This document shows positions 47,479 through 57,120 of a stretch of DNA of 64,000 nt, piece by piece; the stretch's first letter is position 1, and each line of letters opens with the position of its first letter. Location of the stretch: contig JAFTWC010000003.1 of NCBI GenBank assembly GCA_017465475.1, positions 25,725 through 89,724 on the forward strand, read 5' to 3'. The notes below the pieces were generated by a model. The model did no database searches, was not told where the DNA came from, and was given only the letters and a program-made list of their open reading frames with translations. A program made the position numbers and the translations under genes. This DNA is from Lachnospiraceae bacterium. GTDB lineage: Bacteria > Bacillota > Clostridia > Lachnospirales > Lachnospiraceae.

Positions 47479-48603
47479 ATGAAAAGAAAACGTTTGGACA
47501 GAGATGCTTGGGGATTTCAGTATTTTCCGTACTACCAGATGCGGATAGAAACGGAGCATTTTAAAGGATTGGTGGCTTTGCTTTCACTGACTTCCGGAGA
47601 GTATCAGTACTGGGAGTATCCGAAGGCCGGTAAGACAAAGATTTGCGGCGAAGGAATGACCTGGCTTCAGATGGTTCCGGAGGGAAGAGCACATATGGTG
47701 ACGGCAATGTATCTTCCAAACGGCCGGGTGTCTACCTGGTATGTGGATATATTGGAGGCTGTGGAATACAACCGGGACGGTATTGCGGTGTATGTGGATA
47801 AGTATCTGGATGTGATATTTACGCCGCAGGGAGATGTACTGGTGGATGACAGGGATGAGCTGGATGCTGCCTATGCATCGGGAGAACTGTCAAAAGAACA
47901 GTATAAAAATGCCCTTGGAGAAGGGGACGCCGTGTTGGCGGAATACTGTGCGAATTTGGAACAAACGGAGCAGTATTCCAATGAAGTATTGGAAGCTGTA
48001 AAACAAAAAATCGCAGAAGGTGCCCGTGACTACAAAAAAGTGGTACGGGAAACCTTGGACGAAAAGATGAAAGCATACCCTAAGATGCGTCCTTTGTTTT
48101 GCGTGGATATGCTGGATTATGAGGAAGATTGGCAGCATTCTGCCAGACCTTCCGTACGGGGGATTATCCGAAAAGGGGATACTCTTGCCATGGTACATAG
48201 TGCATTGTATGACTATTATAAATTTCCGGGAGGAGGCTTCAAAGAGGGAGAAGACCACAAGGCAGCACTGATTCGTGAAGTACAGGAAGAAACCGGATTG
48301 AATGTAAAACCGGAAACCATTAAGGAATATGGGTTTGTGCTTCGGTTACAGAAGAGTGAACACCTTGAGAAAACTATTTTCGAACAGGAGAATTTTTACT
48401 ACACCTGTGAGGTTTTGGAAGAAATCGGAGAACAGAATCTGGATGATTATGAGGCTGAAGAAGGTTTTACCTTAAAGTTTGTGAAACCGGAGGAGGCCAT
48501 CCGTACCAACCGGAACTGCCATTGTACCGAATGGGACAAGGCTATGGTGGAGCGGGAAACGAAGGTGCTGGAAGGCTTAAAGAAAACTTGGAAAGAGCGG
48601 TAG
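47479..48603 (+). CDS. DUF402 (FomD/Ntdp-like nucleoside di/triphosphatase fold) fused to a NUDIX hydrolase domain
   Basis: The N-terminal half has WYVDILEAVEYN...YLDVIFTPQGDVLVDDRDELD, typical of DUF402. The C-terminal half has the Nudix box GGGFKEGEDHKAALIREVQEETGL. Confidence 0.75.
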   Translation: MKRKRLDRDAWGFQYFPYYQMRIETEHFKGLVALLSLTSGEYQYWEYPKAGKTKICGEGMTWLQMVPEGRAHMVTAMYLPNGRVSTWYVDILEAVEYNRDGIAVYVDKYLDVIFTPQGDVLVDDRDELDAAYASGELSKEQYKNALGEGDAVLAEYCANLEQTEQYSNEVLEAVKQKIAEGARDYKKVVRETLDEKMKAYPKMRPLFCVDMLDYEEDWQHSARPSVRGIIRKGDTLAMVHSALYDYYKFPGGGFKEGEDHKAALIREVQEETGLNVKPETIKEYGFVLRLQKSEHLEKTIFEQENFYYTCEVLEEIGEQNLDDYEAEEGFTLKFVKPEEAIRTNRNCHCTEWDKAMVERETKVLEGLKKTWKER

Positions 48604-48651
48604 GCACAAAAAGTTCAAGTGAAATCTTATCGGTAGAAGGGAAGTAATGCG

Positions 48652-49143
48652 ATGACATTTACATATCGGCTTGCGACATTGCAGGATTTGGAAGCAATAT
48701 GGAACAAAAACATTGCAGATAACCCGGAGGATAATCGCTGGGTTCACTGGAAAGAAGAATACATCCGCTATAACAGAAACGGTATGGCACAGACTTATGT
48801 GGTGGTATGTGAGGAAGAGCCGGTAGGAGAGTGTACGCTTATTTTGTCTCCGGAATGCAATGCGGTCAGAGGACGTTTGGAACTGGCCGACGGTGAGAAT
48901 GTTGCCAATATCAATGCCTTGCGGATTGACGCAAAATTTGAAGGTCAGGGGCATATTTCCAAGTTGATGGCATGTGTGGAAGCAGTGGCAGAGGCACAAA
49001 ATATACAAGCACTTACCATCGGAGTGGAGGCAAAAGAAACAAGAAATCTCGGTATTTACCTTCACTGGGGCTATGATACATTTGTGATGTCGGAAACAGA
49101 GGATGACGAGCTGGTGTTATATTACAGAAAAGAAATCCGTTAA
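48652..49143 (+). CDS. GNAT family N-acetyltransferase
   Basis: 163 aa. RIDAKFEGQGHISKLM is a Q/RxxGxG/A-type motif. Confidence 0.75.
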   Translation: MTFTYRLATLQDLEAIWNKNIADNPEDNRWVHWKEEYIRYNRNGMAQTYVVVCEEEPVGECTLILSPECNAVRGRLELADGENVANINALRIDAKFEGQGHISKLMACVEAVAEAQNIQALTIGVEAKETRNLGIYLHWGYDTFVMSETEDDELVLYYRKEIR

Positions 49144-49210
49144 AACGGGAAAGTGTGTAAGCTTGAAGCGGAGTGGCAAACGGAAAATGTCGGAGAAATA
49201 GGAGGAGTCT

Positions 49211-49717
49211 ATGCAAATCAGAAACGCAACGACCGGGGATTTACCCAAAATCAGGAAAATATATGATGCCGCAAAATCCTACATGGACACCTCCGGAAAC
49301 CCGAACCAATGGCCGGTGGGGTATCCGCCGGAGGAGTTTTTACGACAGGACATAGAACTTGACCGGCTTTTTGTTTGTGAGGAAGCGGGTGTATTGCACG
49401 GTGTGTTTTTGTTTGCGGTTATGGAGGATCCGACTTATCGCTATATAGACGGAGCTTGGTTGAACGATAAGCCTTACGGAGTGATTCACCGGATTGCAAG
49501 TGACGGAACAAAAAGCGGGATTTTCAAAAGTGTGTTGGAGTTTTGCATAGAGAAAATGGCAGAAGGGAACATAACAAATCTGCGGATTGATACCCATGCT
49601 GACAATAAAACAATGCAGCATTTGGTTGAAAAGTACGGTTTTGAATATTGTGGCGCAATTTATCTGGAAAACGGCAGTCCTCGGATGGCGTATCAGTTGG
49701 AACATATCAACTTATAA
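49211..49717 (+). CDS. GNAT family N-acetyltransferase
   Basis: 168 aa with a GNAT-like fold pattern. Strong RBS GGAGGAG. Confidence 0.75.
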   Translation: MQIRNATTGDLPKIRKIYDAAKSYMDTSGNPNQWPVGYPPEEFLRQDIELDRLFVCEEAGVLHGVFLFAVMEDPTYRYIDGAWLNDKPYGVIHRIASDGTKSGIFKSVLEFCIEKMAEGNITNLRIDTHADNKTMQHLVEKYGFEYCGAIYLENGSPRMAYQLEHINL

Positions 49718-49922
49718 AGATTAGAAATGATGAAAAATAAGGAAAAGGATTGTACATAAGCGTATAGTCCTTTTTTCATTTAGGGAATTGGGTAATTACC
49801 TGTGACGTAAAAAACTCTGCTGTGAATGAGCACGTTTTTACAATTGTAATTTTGAATCTGGGGTAAAATGGAAGGAAAAGTTGAAAGAAAACGGATGCTT
49901 TGCATGGAAAATATTGCCTGAA

Positions 49923-49951
49923 TGCTTGATTTGTGATATAATTTTATATAT
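49923..49951 (+). promoter_or_regulatory. sigma-A-type promoter of the HD-GYP/histidine kinase operon
   Basis: TTGCCT, 17 nt (ending TGA, extended -10), TATAAT. Confidence 0.55.
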
Positions 49952-50000
49952 ATTGCGAGTATTGTGAAAAATAAAAAGAGGAAGGGGAAAGGTGACGTAT

Positions 50001-50984
50001 ATGAAGCACATTTTGATTGTAGATGATAATAAAACAAATCTTGTTATGGCGAAGCAGGAGTTGTCTGCAGAATACCAGGTTACACCGGTACTATCAGGTG
50101 CCCAGGCGTTGTCTTTTTTGGAAAAGAAACATACGGATTTGATATTGTTGGATATTAATATGCCGGAAATGGACGGAAGAGAAACCATGCGAAGAATCCG
50201 TGAAAACGAGGTATGGAGTCAGATTCCGATTATTTTTCTGACGGCAGATTCTCCCCCGCAGACGGAAGCCCAGTGTTTATCCGACGGCGCGGACGATTTT
50301 ATTGCAAAGCCCTTTGTACCGCAAGTTATGAGAAGCCGAATCAGCAGGATTTTGGAGCTTCACGAATTGAGAAATGATTTGGAAACCAGATTGGAACAGA
50401 AAACAAAACAGTTGGAACTTGTTACCTTAAATGCCGTGATGGCTATTGCGAAAGCAATCGAAGCAAAGGACAGTTATACCAGTGGTCATTCCGACCGTGT
50501 GGCATCCTGTGCGGTAGCTATTGCCACACGTCTCGGCTGGGAAGAAGAACGGGTGACTAATCTGCAGTATGTGGCACTTTTACATGATATCGGTAAAATC
50601 GGTGTGCCGGACGCTGTGTTAAATAAACCGCTTTGTCTGAATGAAGAGGAAGTAGAGATTATCAGACAGCATGCATTAAGCGGAGGCGAAATATTAAAGG
50701 AAATCCATACTATTCCGAATTTGCGTAACGGTGCGCTGTATCATCATGAGCGGTATGATGGTGAGGGATATCCTATGGGGCTAAAGGGAGAAGCAATTCC
50801 GGTGGAGGCCAGAATAATTGCAATTGCGGATACGTATGATGCGATGACCTCGGACCGGGCATATCGAAATCGATTGTCATCCGCGAATGTTCTTTCTGAA
50901 TTGAAAAAGGGAAGAGGAACCCAGTTTGATCCGGAACTGTTGGACTTGTTTATTTCCATGTTAGAAGAAGGGTTTACATTATAG
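50001..50984 (+). CDS. response regulator with HD-GYP domain (c-di-GMP phosphodiesterase type)
   Basis: The receiver domain has ILLDINMPEMDG. HD (LLHDIGKIGVPD) and HHERYDGEGYP (GYP) motifs are present. Confidence 0.9.
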   Translation: MKHILIVDDNKTNLVMAKQELSAEYQVTPVLSGAQALSFLEKKHTDLILLDINMPEMDGRETMRRIRENEVWSQIPIIFLTADSPPQTEAQCLSDGADDFIAKPFVPQVMRSRISRILELHELRNDLETRLEQKTKQLELVTLNAVMAIAKAIEAKDSYTSGHSDRVASCAVAIATRLGWEEERVTNLQYVALLHDIGKIGVPDAVLNKPLCLNEEEVEIIRQHALSGGEILKEIHTIPNLRNGALYHHERYDGEGYPMGLKGEAIPVEARIIAIADTYDAMTSDRAYRNRLSSANVLSELKKGRGTQFDPELLDLFISMLEEGFTL

Positions 50985-50998
50985 CTGATAAGTGAGGT

Positions 50999-53749
50999 GT
51001 GCAACTGAGTAAAGCGGAAGCAAAGAGGGATAGAATACATTGCTATTTAACCTGGGGTGTGTTTACTTTTTTTTCCTTGTTTATGTTAGCAACATCGATT
51101 GTGGGAAACTGGGATAACTGGGTGAATCTTTACGTACTTTTTGTGATTGCTTTTGTCAGTTTTTTTACGTGGAATAAGAGAGTGACGGTAAAGGTTCAAT
51201 CGTATATATTTGTTTTAATGTCGATGCTAAACATAATGATTTACAGCGTCATGGAGCATAATTTTTATGCAGCGGTTGTGGTTATATGCAGCCTTGCAGC
51301 CCTAACAGCCATTTACATGGATGCGAAATTAATTTTTTTGTTGTCTCTTTTATCTGTGGGAGCGGTCATTATACATGTGGGAGTGTTACATACAATTCAA
51401 GTAGTCACATTACATGATAAAATAGCATTGGGGATTCGTGTCATTGCCATGTTTGCGGCAGAGATTTTTTTGACTTATTTTGTGAACCGGCAGTATTGGA
51501 TAGAAGAAAGTTTAAAAGCTAATGTGGAAGAGGCAAGAAAAGCAGATCGTTCCAAAGCGGAGTTTCTTGCTAATATGTCCCACGAAATCAGAACCCCCAT
51601 GAATGCCATTGTGGGAATGTGCGAACTGATTTTGCGGGAAAATATCAATGATGAAGTGAAAGAAAATTGTATCAACATTCAACATTCGGGTAGAAGCCTT
51701 TTGGCAATCATCAACGATATTTTGGACTTTTCCAAGCTAAATTCCGGGAAAGCGGAGTTGGTGGAAGAACCGTTTAACATAGGTTCCATGGTAAATGATG
51801 TAATGAACATGGCAATCACTCGAAAGGGCGGCAAAAATATAGAGATTATAGCAAGAGTTGACCCGGAAATTCCGAAGGGGTTAATCGGAGATGAGGTACG
51901 GATTCGACAGGTAATTATTAATTTGATAACCAATGCAATTAAGTTTACCGAAAAGGGATGCGTTGTACTGAAGATTACGCAAAGTCGTCATGAATACGGA
52001 ATTAACCTTAATGTTTCCGTTGCAGATACAGGAATCGGAATCACGGAGGAAAATTTGGAAAAGTTGTTTACCAGTTTCCAACAGGTGGATACCAGAAAAA
52101 ATCGTTCCGTGGAAGGAACCGGTCTCGGTTTGGCCATTTGTAAAAATTTGGTTGCACGAATGGGCGGATTCATGAATGTTTCCAGTGTATACGGAGAGGG
52201 TTCTACATTTCACTTTGTAATTCCGTTAAAGGTGTCGGATGAAGAAGCATTTATTACCATTCAGAATGCGGAGTCCAGCTCGGTGGCCATTTATGTAGAA
52301 ATGAAAAAGTTCCAGTATATGAGAGTGGTTAAAGAATATATGAAACTCATTCGGGAATTAAGTGATAAGTTTGGTACGGAAATTCAACTGTTCGAAGATG
52401 CGGAAACTTTTCGAACGGAGTGGAAGAAAAAAAGGTATACCCATTGCTTTACTGCGAAAGATGAATATCTGTGTCATAAAGAGCTGTTCGGTGAAATTGC
52501 AGAGCAGAGTAAGGTGTTTGTAATACAAGAACGTAGCAATGCCGTACCGCTTTCCGGTGGAATAAAATGCATCTATAAGCCGTTTTATGCCATGTCGGTA
52601 GCTGCGGCACTAAACAACGAAAAATATATTTTAAATTTGGGAGAACGTAAGTCGGTAGCCAGGTTTGTTGCGCCGGAGGCACGGGTGCTTATTGTGGATG
52701 ATAATGTGACAAATCTTAAGGTGGCGGAAGGGTTGATGCGTCCGTACAACATGAAGATTTCCACCGCAATCAGCGGAAGAGAAGCATTAGATATGTTGCG
52801 GAAAAAGGATTATGATATTGTATTTATGGATCATATGATGCCGGAGTTGGACGGTGTGGAAACCACCGCATTGATTCGGGAAATGGACGGAGAATATTAT
52901 AAGAAACTTCCGGTGGTGGCACTGACGGCTAATGCGGTCAATGGTGCAAGAGAAATGTTTTTAAGTTCCGGCTTTAATGATTTTATTGCGAAGCCGATAG
53001 AACTTTCTTTCTTGGATCGAGTGCTTCGTGCATGGTTACCGAAAGAAAAAGTGCAGTCGGTGTTGGTGTTGCAGCAGGTTCCGGAAAACGATACGGAAAC
53101 AGTGCTGTTAGAGAGCTTCCGGGAAGTAATCCAAGAGGAAAAAGGACTTGTGTATGCAGGAGAGAGCCGTGAGACTTACTACGATAATCTGAACACTTAT
53201 CTAAAGAACGGAGAAATGTACCGACGGTCTTTACAACGACGGTACGAAGAGGAAGATTGGTCGAACTATATTATTGAAGTCCATGCCATAAAAAGCTCTT
53301 CATTAAGTATCGGAGCGGTGAAACTTTCCGAATTGGCAAAAACATTGGAGTTTGCAGGAAAGGAAGGAAATTTTGATGTAATACGTGCAAAACAACAGGC
53401 CTTAATCGGGTTGTATGACAGAGTATTGGACGAAATTAAAAAGTATTTAAGTATTAACGGACGGATGGAGGATAGTGAAAAAGACAACGAACGAAAGAAC
53501 GCTCCTTTGACAGAACTGCCCGAATCGAAGCTTGTGACTTATGTAGAACAGATTTGTTCTGCTTGCGATAACTTTGATGGGGAGGGAGTGGTAGTTATTG
53601 TGAATTTATTGGAAGAATATTCGTTCCGCGGAAAGGTACTTAGGGAATATTTTGGGCCGGTGAAACAATTGGCGGAAGATTTTGAGTATGAAAATGCATT
53701 GCATGCTGCCAAGGAGTGTATTGCGAAGCTGAGGGAGGAGACGGTATGA
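50999..53749 (+). CDS. hybrid sensor histidine kinase (membrane N-terminus, HisKA, HATPase_c, pseudo-receiver, REC, HPt)
   Basis: SHEIRTPMNAI H-box, GTGLGLAICK, REC LIVDDN...DHMMPELDG, HPt HAIKSSSLSIGA. The GTG start has poor RBS spacing, so the exact start is uncertain. Confidence 0.85.
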   Translation: MQLSKAEAKRDRIHCYLTWGVFTFFSLFMLATSIVGNWDNWVNLYVLFVIAFVSFFTWNKRVTVKVQSYIFVLMSMLNIMIYSVMEHNFYAAVVVICSLAALTAIYMDAKLIFLLSLLSVGAVIIHVGVLHTIQVVTLHDKIALGIRVIAMFAAEIFLTYFVNRQYWIEESLKANVEEARKADRSKAEFLANMSHEIRTPMNAIVGMCELILRENINDEVKENCINIQHSGRSLLAIINDILDFSKLNSGKAELVEEPFNIGSMVNDVMNMAITRKGGKNIEIIARVDPEIPKGLIGDEVRIRQVIINLITNAIKFTEKGCVVLKITQSRHEYGINLNVSVADTGIGITEENLEKLFTSFQQVDTRKNRSVEGTGLGLAICKNLVARMGGFMNVSSVYGEGSTFHFVIPLKVSDEEAFITIQNAESSSVAIYVEMKKFQYMRVVKEYMKLIRELSDKFGTEIQLFEDAETFRTEWKKKRYTHCFTAKDEYLCHKELFGEIAEQSKVFVIQERSNAVPLSGGIKCIYKPFYAMSVAAALNNEKYILNLGERKSVARFVAPEARVLIVDDNVTNLKVAEGLMRPYNMKISTAISGREALDMLRKKDYDIVFMDHMMPELDGVETTALIREMDGEYYKKLPVVALTANAVNGAREMFLSSGFNDFIAKPIELSFLDRVLRAWLPKEKVQSVLVLQQVPENDTETVLLESFREVIQEEKGLVYAGESRETYYDNLNTYLKNGEMYRRSLQRRYEEEDWSNYIIEVHAIKSSSLSIGAVKLSELAKTLEFAGKEGNFDVIRAKQQALIGLYDRVLDEIKKYLSINGRMEDSEKDNERKNAPLTELPESKLVTYVEQICSACDNFDGEGVVVIVNLLEEYSFRGKVLREYFGPVKQLAEDFEYENALHAAKECIAKLREETV

Positions 53750-54594
53750 AGAAGGTTGTAATTACTGCTGATTGCGTATGCGATATGCCGGAAGAGCTGT
53801 TGGAGCAATACGGTATTAAGGCAATATACTTTTATATCATTACGGAACACGGATGTTTCAGGGACAGAGAGGAGGTTACATCCGATAATATTGTGGAGTA
53901 TTTCAGACAGGGAGGCACCAATGTAAAGACCAAAGCGCCTCTTGTCGAGGAATACAGAGAATTTTTTGAGAAAAATTTGAAGGATGCCGATCAAATCATC
54001 CATATAGCCATGTCATCGGCCTTGAGTCTGGGCTGCGGTCGTGCAGAAATCGCTGCAAAAAACTTTGAGGGGAAGGTGTCGGTAGTAGACAGCAGGTTAT
54101 TTTCTACCGGAATGGCACATCTCGTAATGAAAGCGTCGGAACTTGTAAAGAAAGGAAGCGATGCAAAAGAGATTATTTCTGCCTTAGAGGAAATGAAGCT
54201 TAAGGTGGTTACCGGGTTTATTGCAGAAAATGCAAAGTACTTGTATGAGACAGGTAATGTGAATCGTTTTGTGAAGGTAGTGTGTGAGGTTTTTAAAATT
54301 CATCCTGTTCTGATTATGAAAAAGGGTGTGATGAAGCTTAAAACAATAAAAATCGGTAACTATGAAAACGCGGTACTACGTTATGTGAAAGGAGAAATGA
54401 AAAAGCGGGATAAGATTGATAAAAAAAGAGTATTCATTACTCATGCCAGCTGTAGTGTGAAGCTTCTTTCAAGAGTAAAGAGGGAAGTGGCAAAGTATTG
54501 TGTATTCGAAGATACGAAAATAACCCAAGCATCGGCTACAATTACCGGTAACTGCGGACCGAACACCATCGGAGTGTTATTTGTCCGGAAGTGA
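53746..54594 (+). CDS. DegV family fatty-acid-binding protein
   Basis: MKKVVITADCVCDMP and the overall DegV layout. ATGA overlap with the kinase stop codon. Confidence 0.85.
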   Translation: MKKVVITADCVCDMPEELLEQYGIKAIYFYIITEHGCFRDREEVTSDNIVEYFRQGGTNVKTKAPLVEEYREFFEKNLKDADQIIHIAMSSALSLGCGRAEIAAKNFEGKVSVVDSRLFSTGMAHLVMKASELVKKGSDAKEIISALEEMKLKVVTGFIAENAKYLYETGNVNRFVKVVCEVFKIHPVLIMKKGVMKLKTIKIGNYENAVLRYVKGEMKKRDKIDKKRVFITHASCSVKLLSRVKREVAKYCVFEDTKITQASATITGNCGPNTIGVLFVRK

Positions 54595-54613
54595 ACAGAA
54601 AAGCTGTAAGAAA

Positions 54614-54631
54614 TTGTTAAAATATTTACAA
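54614..54631. promoter_or_regulatory. candidate Rex (redox repressor) operator
   Basis: TTGTTAA-AATA-TTTACAA has 1 mismatch to the clostridial Rex consensus TTGTTAA-N4-TTAACAA. It lies about 95 nt upstream of the rnf -35. Confidence 0.35.
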
Positions 54632-54723
54632 AGTTTTCTTGCTGCGCCGGAATGTGCCAAAAGTGGCTGATTTGACTTGATTTAAGCATGGTTCCACGGG
54701 CTTTGACAGATGCAATAATGCTG

Positions 54724-54752
54724 TTGACAAAGAAATCAAAAAAATATATAAT
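54724..54752 (+). promoter_or_regulatory. consensus sigma-A promoter of the rnf operon
   Basis: TTGACA, 17 nt, TATAAT (both hexamers perfect). About 110-nt leader before rnfC. Confidence 0.65.
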
Positions 54753-54865
54753 AAGAATATATTAATATGATTGTAAAACAGAGGCTTACGACAGATATCG
54801 TTAAGTCTTGTTTTACTGTTAGCTGTAGTTTGAACTTAAAAATCAAATAGAAAGGTAGTAAAAGA

Positions 54866-56188
54866 ATGGCTTTTTCTCTTCATGGGGTACATGTTCCCCA
54901 CAGAAAAAACACGCAGGACAAACCGGTGGCACGTATGGATGTACCGCAGACCGTGACAATACCTATGGTGATGCACATCGGTAAGGCGGCACAGCCGGTA
55001 GTAAAAGTGGGAGATACGGTAAAGGTGGGTACAAAAATCGCAGAAGCAGACGGAATGGTTTCATCTCCGATTCATTCCAGTGTTTCCGGTAAGGTTATAA
55101 AAATTCAGGATATTCTTTTATCAAATGGTGCAAAAGCTCCGGCCGTGGTGATTGAATCCGACGGAGAAATGATCACGGATGAGAATATAAAGGCTCCTAC
55201 AGTGGATTCAAAAGAGAGTCTTATGGAAGCGTTGAAAGAAAGCGGAATTGTAGGACTGGGAGGTGCCGGTTTCCCGACACATGTAAAGTTCAATGTGGAC
55301 CCGGCCCGTATTGAATACCTTGTCATTAACGGGGCAGAGTGTGAGCCGTATGTGACCAGTGATACCGTTACCATGGTAAGTCGCGGAAGTGATATGGCCT
55401 GTGCCCTTCGCGTGCTGAGCAAATATCTCGGCATTCAGAATGTGATTATAGGTATTGAGTCTAATAAAAAAGCAGCCATCGCTTCCATGAAGCAACTTTC
55501 GGAGGAAGTAAAGGATGCTTGTACAATGCAGGTGAAGGTTCTTCCGGCGGTATACCCGCAGGGCGGTGAAAAAGTGTTGATTTATCATACTACGGGGAAG
55601 GTGGTTCCGGTCGGAAAGCTTCCGATTGATGTGGGATGCATTGTGGTGAACTGTACTACGTTGGCGGCCATCGGTGCTTATCTGCAAACCGGTATGCCTC
55701 TTGTGGAAAAGTGTGTAACCGTAGACGGCGGAGCAGTAAAAAATCCGCAGAATGTGATGGCACCGATCGGAGTATCCATGGCAGATTTGTTTGCGGTTTG
55801 CGGTGGCTTGACAACAGAGCCGGCAAAGCTCATTTACGGCGGACCGATGATGGGAATTACGGTACCGGATGACAGTGCTCCGGTGATTAAAAATACCAAT
55901 GCGATTTTAGCATTGACCGAGAAGGAAGCAAAGCTTCCGAAGACTACCGCATGTATTCGTTGCGGTGCTTGTACCAATACCTGTCCGTTTGGACTTGCTC
56001 CGGCGGCAATTTCCAAAGCACTGGAAAATAAGGATGCAGACCTGCTTACAGAGCTTTCCGTAAATGCATGTATGGAATGCGGCTGCTGTAATTTTGTCTG
56101 CCCTGCAAATCGCCCGCTGGTACAGAATAACAAGCTGGCAAAAGTATTTTTAAGAGAAGAAAAGGCAAAGGAGGAAGCAAAAGCATGA
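54866..56188 (+). CDS. rnfC: Rnf electron transport complex subunit C
   Basis: NADH/FMN-binding region GLGGAGFPTHVK and two 4Fe-4S motifs (CIRCGACTNTCP, CMECGCCNFVCP). Confidence 0.95.
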   Translation: MAFSLHGVHVPHRKNTQDKPVARMDVPQTVTIPMVMHIGKAAQPVVKVGDTVKVGTKIAEADGMVSSPIHSSVSGKVIKIQDILLSNGAKAPAVVIESDGEMITDENIKAPTVDSKESLMEALKESGIVGLGGAGFPTHVKFNVDPARIEYLVINGAECEPYVTSDTVTMVSRGSDMACALRVLSKYLGIQNVIIGIESNKKAAIASMKQLSEEVKDACTMQVKVLPAVYPQGGEKVLIYHTTGKVVPVGKLPIDVGCIVVNCTTLAAIGAYLQTGMPLVEKCVTVDGGAVKNPQNVMAPIGVSMADLFAVCGGLTTEPAKLIYGGPMMGITVPDDSAPVIKNTNAILALTEKEAKLPKTTACIRCGACTNTCPFGLAPAAISKALENKDADLLTELSVNACMECGCCNFVCPANRPLVQNNKLAKVFLREEKAKEEAKA

Positions 56189-57120
56189 ATAGTAAAGTAA
56201 AGCTCTCTGTTTCTCCTCATATACACAGCGGGAAGTCTACTGCAGGAATTATGCGGGATGTATTGATTTCATTGCTGCCGGCTACCGTCGCAGGAACTGT
56301 TATCTTCGGATTACGTTCTCTTTTGGTAGTGGCTGTTTGTGTGGCGGCCTGTGTGGGATTTGAAGCATTGTTTAATTGGATAATAAAAAAGGATCAAACG
56401 GTGGGAGACCTTAGTGCTGCGGTTACCGGTCTTTTGCTGGCACTGAATTTACCGGCAAATATTCCGCTTTGGCAGTGTGTGGTAGGTTCTTTGTTTGCTA
56501 TTGTTGTGGTGAAGTGTTTGTTTGGCGGTATCGGTTGCAATCCGGTGAATCCGGCCATTACAGCCCGTGTCTTTATGTTGGTGGCATTCGGCTCCATGAC
56601 GGTACAGGCATTTCCGACGGTGGTGGATACCGTTTCAAGTGCAACACCGCTTAGCCTTGGAGAAGGTGCGGAATTGCCTTCTTTGTTGGAGTTGTTCTTA
56701 GGACTTAACGGAGGTGCTATCGGTGAGACTTGTGTATTGGCACTGATCCTTGGCTTTGTTTACCTGTTGGTACGCAAGATTATTACCTGGCATGTTCCGG
56801 TAGCATTTATCGGCACCGTGTTTGTATGTTCTTTCTTTATGGAAGGAATGAGTTTTGTGGGTGCCTTAGAGATGATTTTCTCCGGCGGATTGTTTATCGG
56901 TGCGATTTTTATGGCAACAGACTATGTAACGTCTCCGTCCACTGCGGCGGGCAAGCTGATTTTTGGCTTGGGAGCGGGTTTGCTTACCTTTATCATCCGT
57001 TATTTCGGTGTATACCCGGAGGGCGTTTCCTTTGCAATCCTGTTTATGAATATTCTGACGCCTTACATTGATTCCTGGACAAGGCATAAAGTCTTTGGAG
57101 TGGGAGGTAAGAAAGCATGA
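56185..57120 (+). CDS. rnfD: Rnf complex subunit D
   Basis: NqrB/RnfD-type membrane protein. SPHIHS N-terminus and the FMN-attachment-type motif VSSATPL. Confidence 0.95.
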   Translation: MNSKVKLSVSPHIHSGKSTAGIMRDVLISLLPATVAGTVIFGLRSLLVVAVCVAACVGFEALFNWIIKKDQTVGDLSAAVTGLLLALNLPANIPLWQCVVGSLFAIVVVKCLFGGIGCNPVNPAITARVFMLVAFGSMTVQAFPTVVDTVSSATPLSLGEGAELPSLLELFLGLNGGAIGETCVLALILGFVYLLVRKIITWHVPVAFIGTVFVCSFFMEGMSFVGALEMIFSGGLFIGAIFMATDYVTSPSTAAGKLIFGLGAGLLTFIIRYFGVYPEGVSFAILFMNILTPYIDSWTRHKVFGVGGKKA

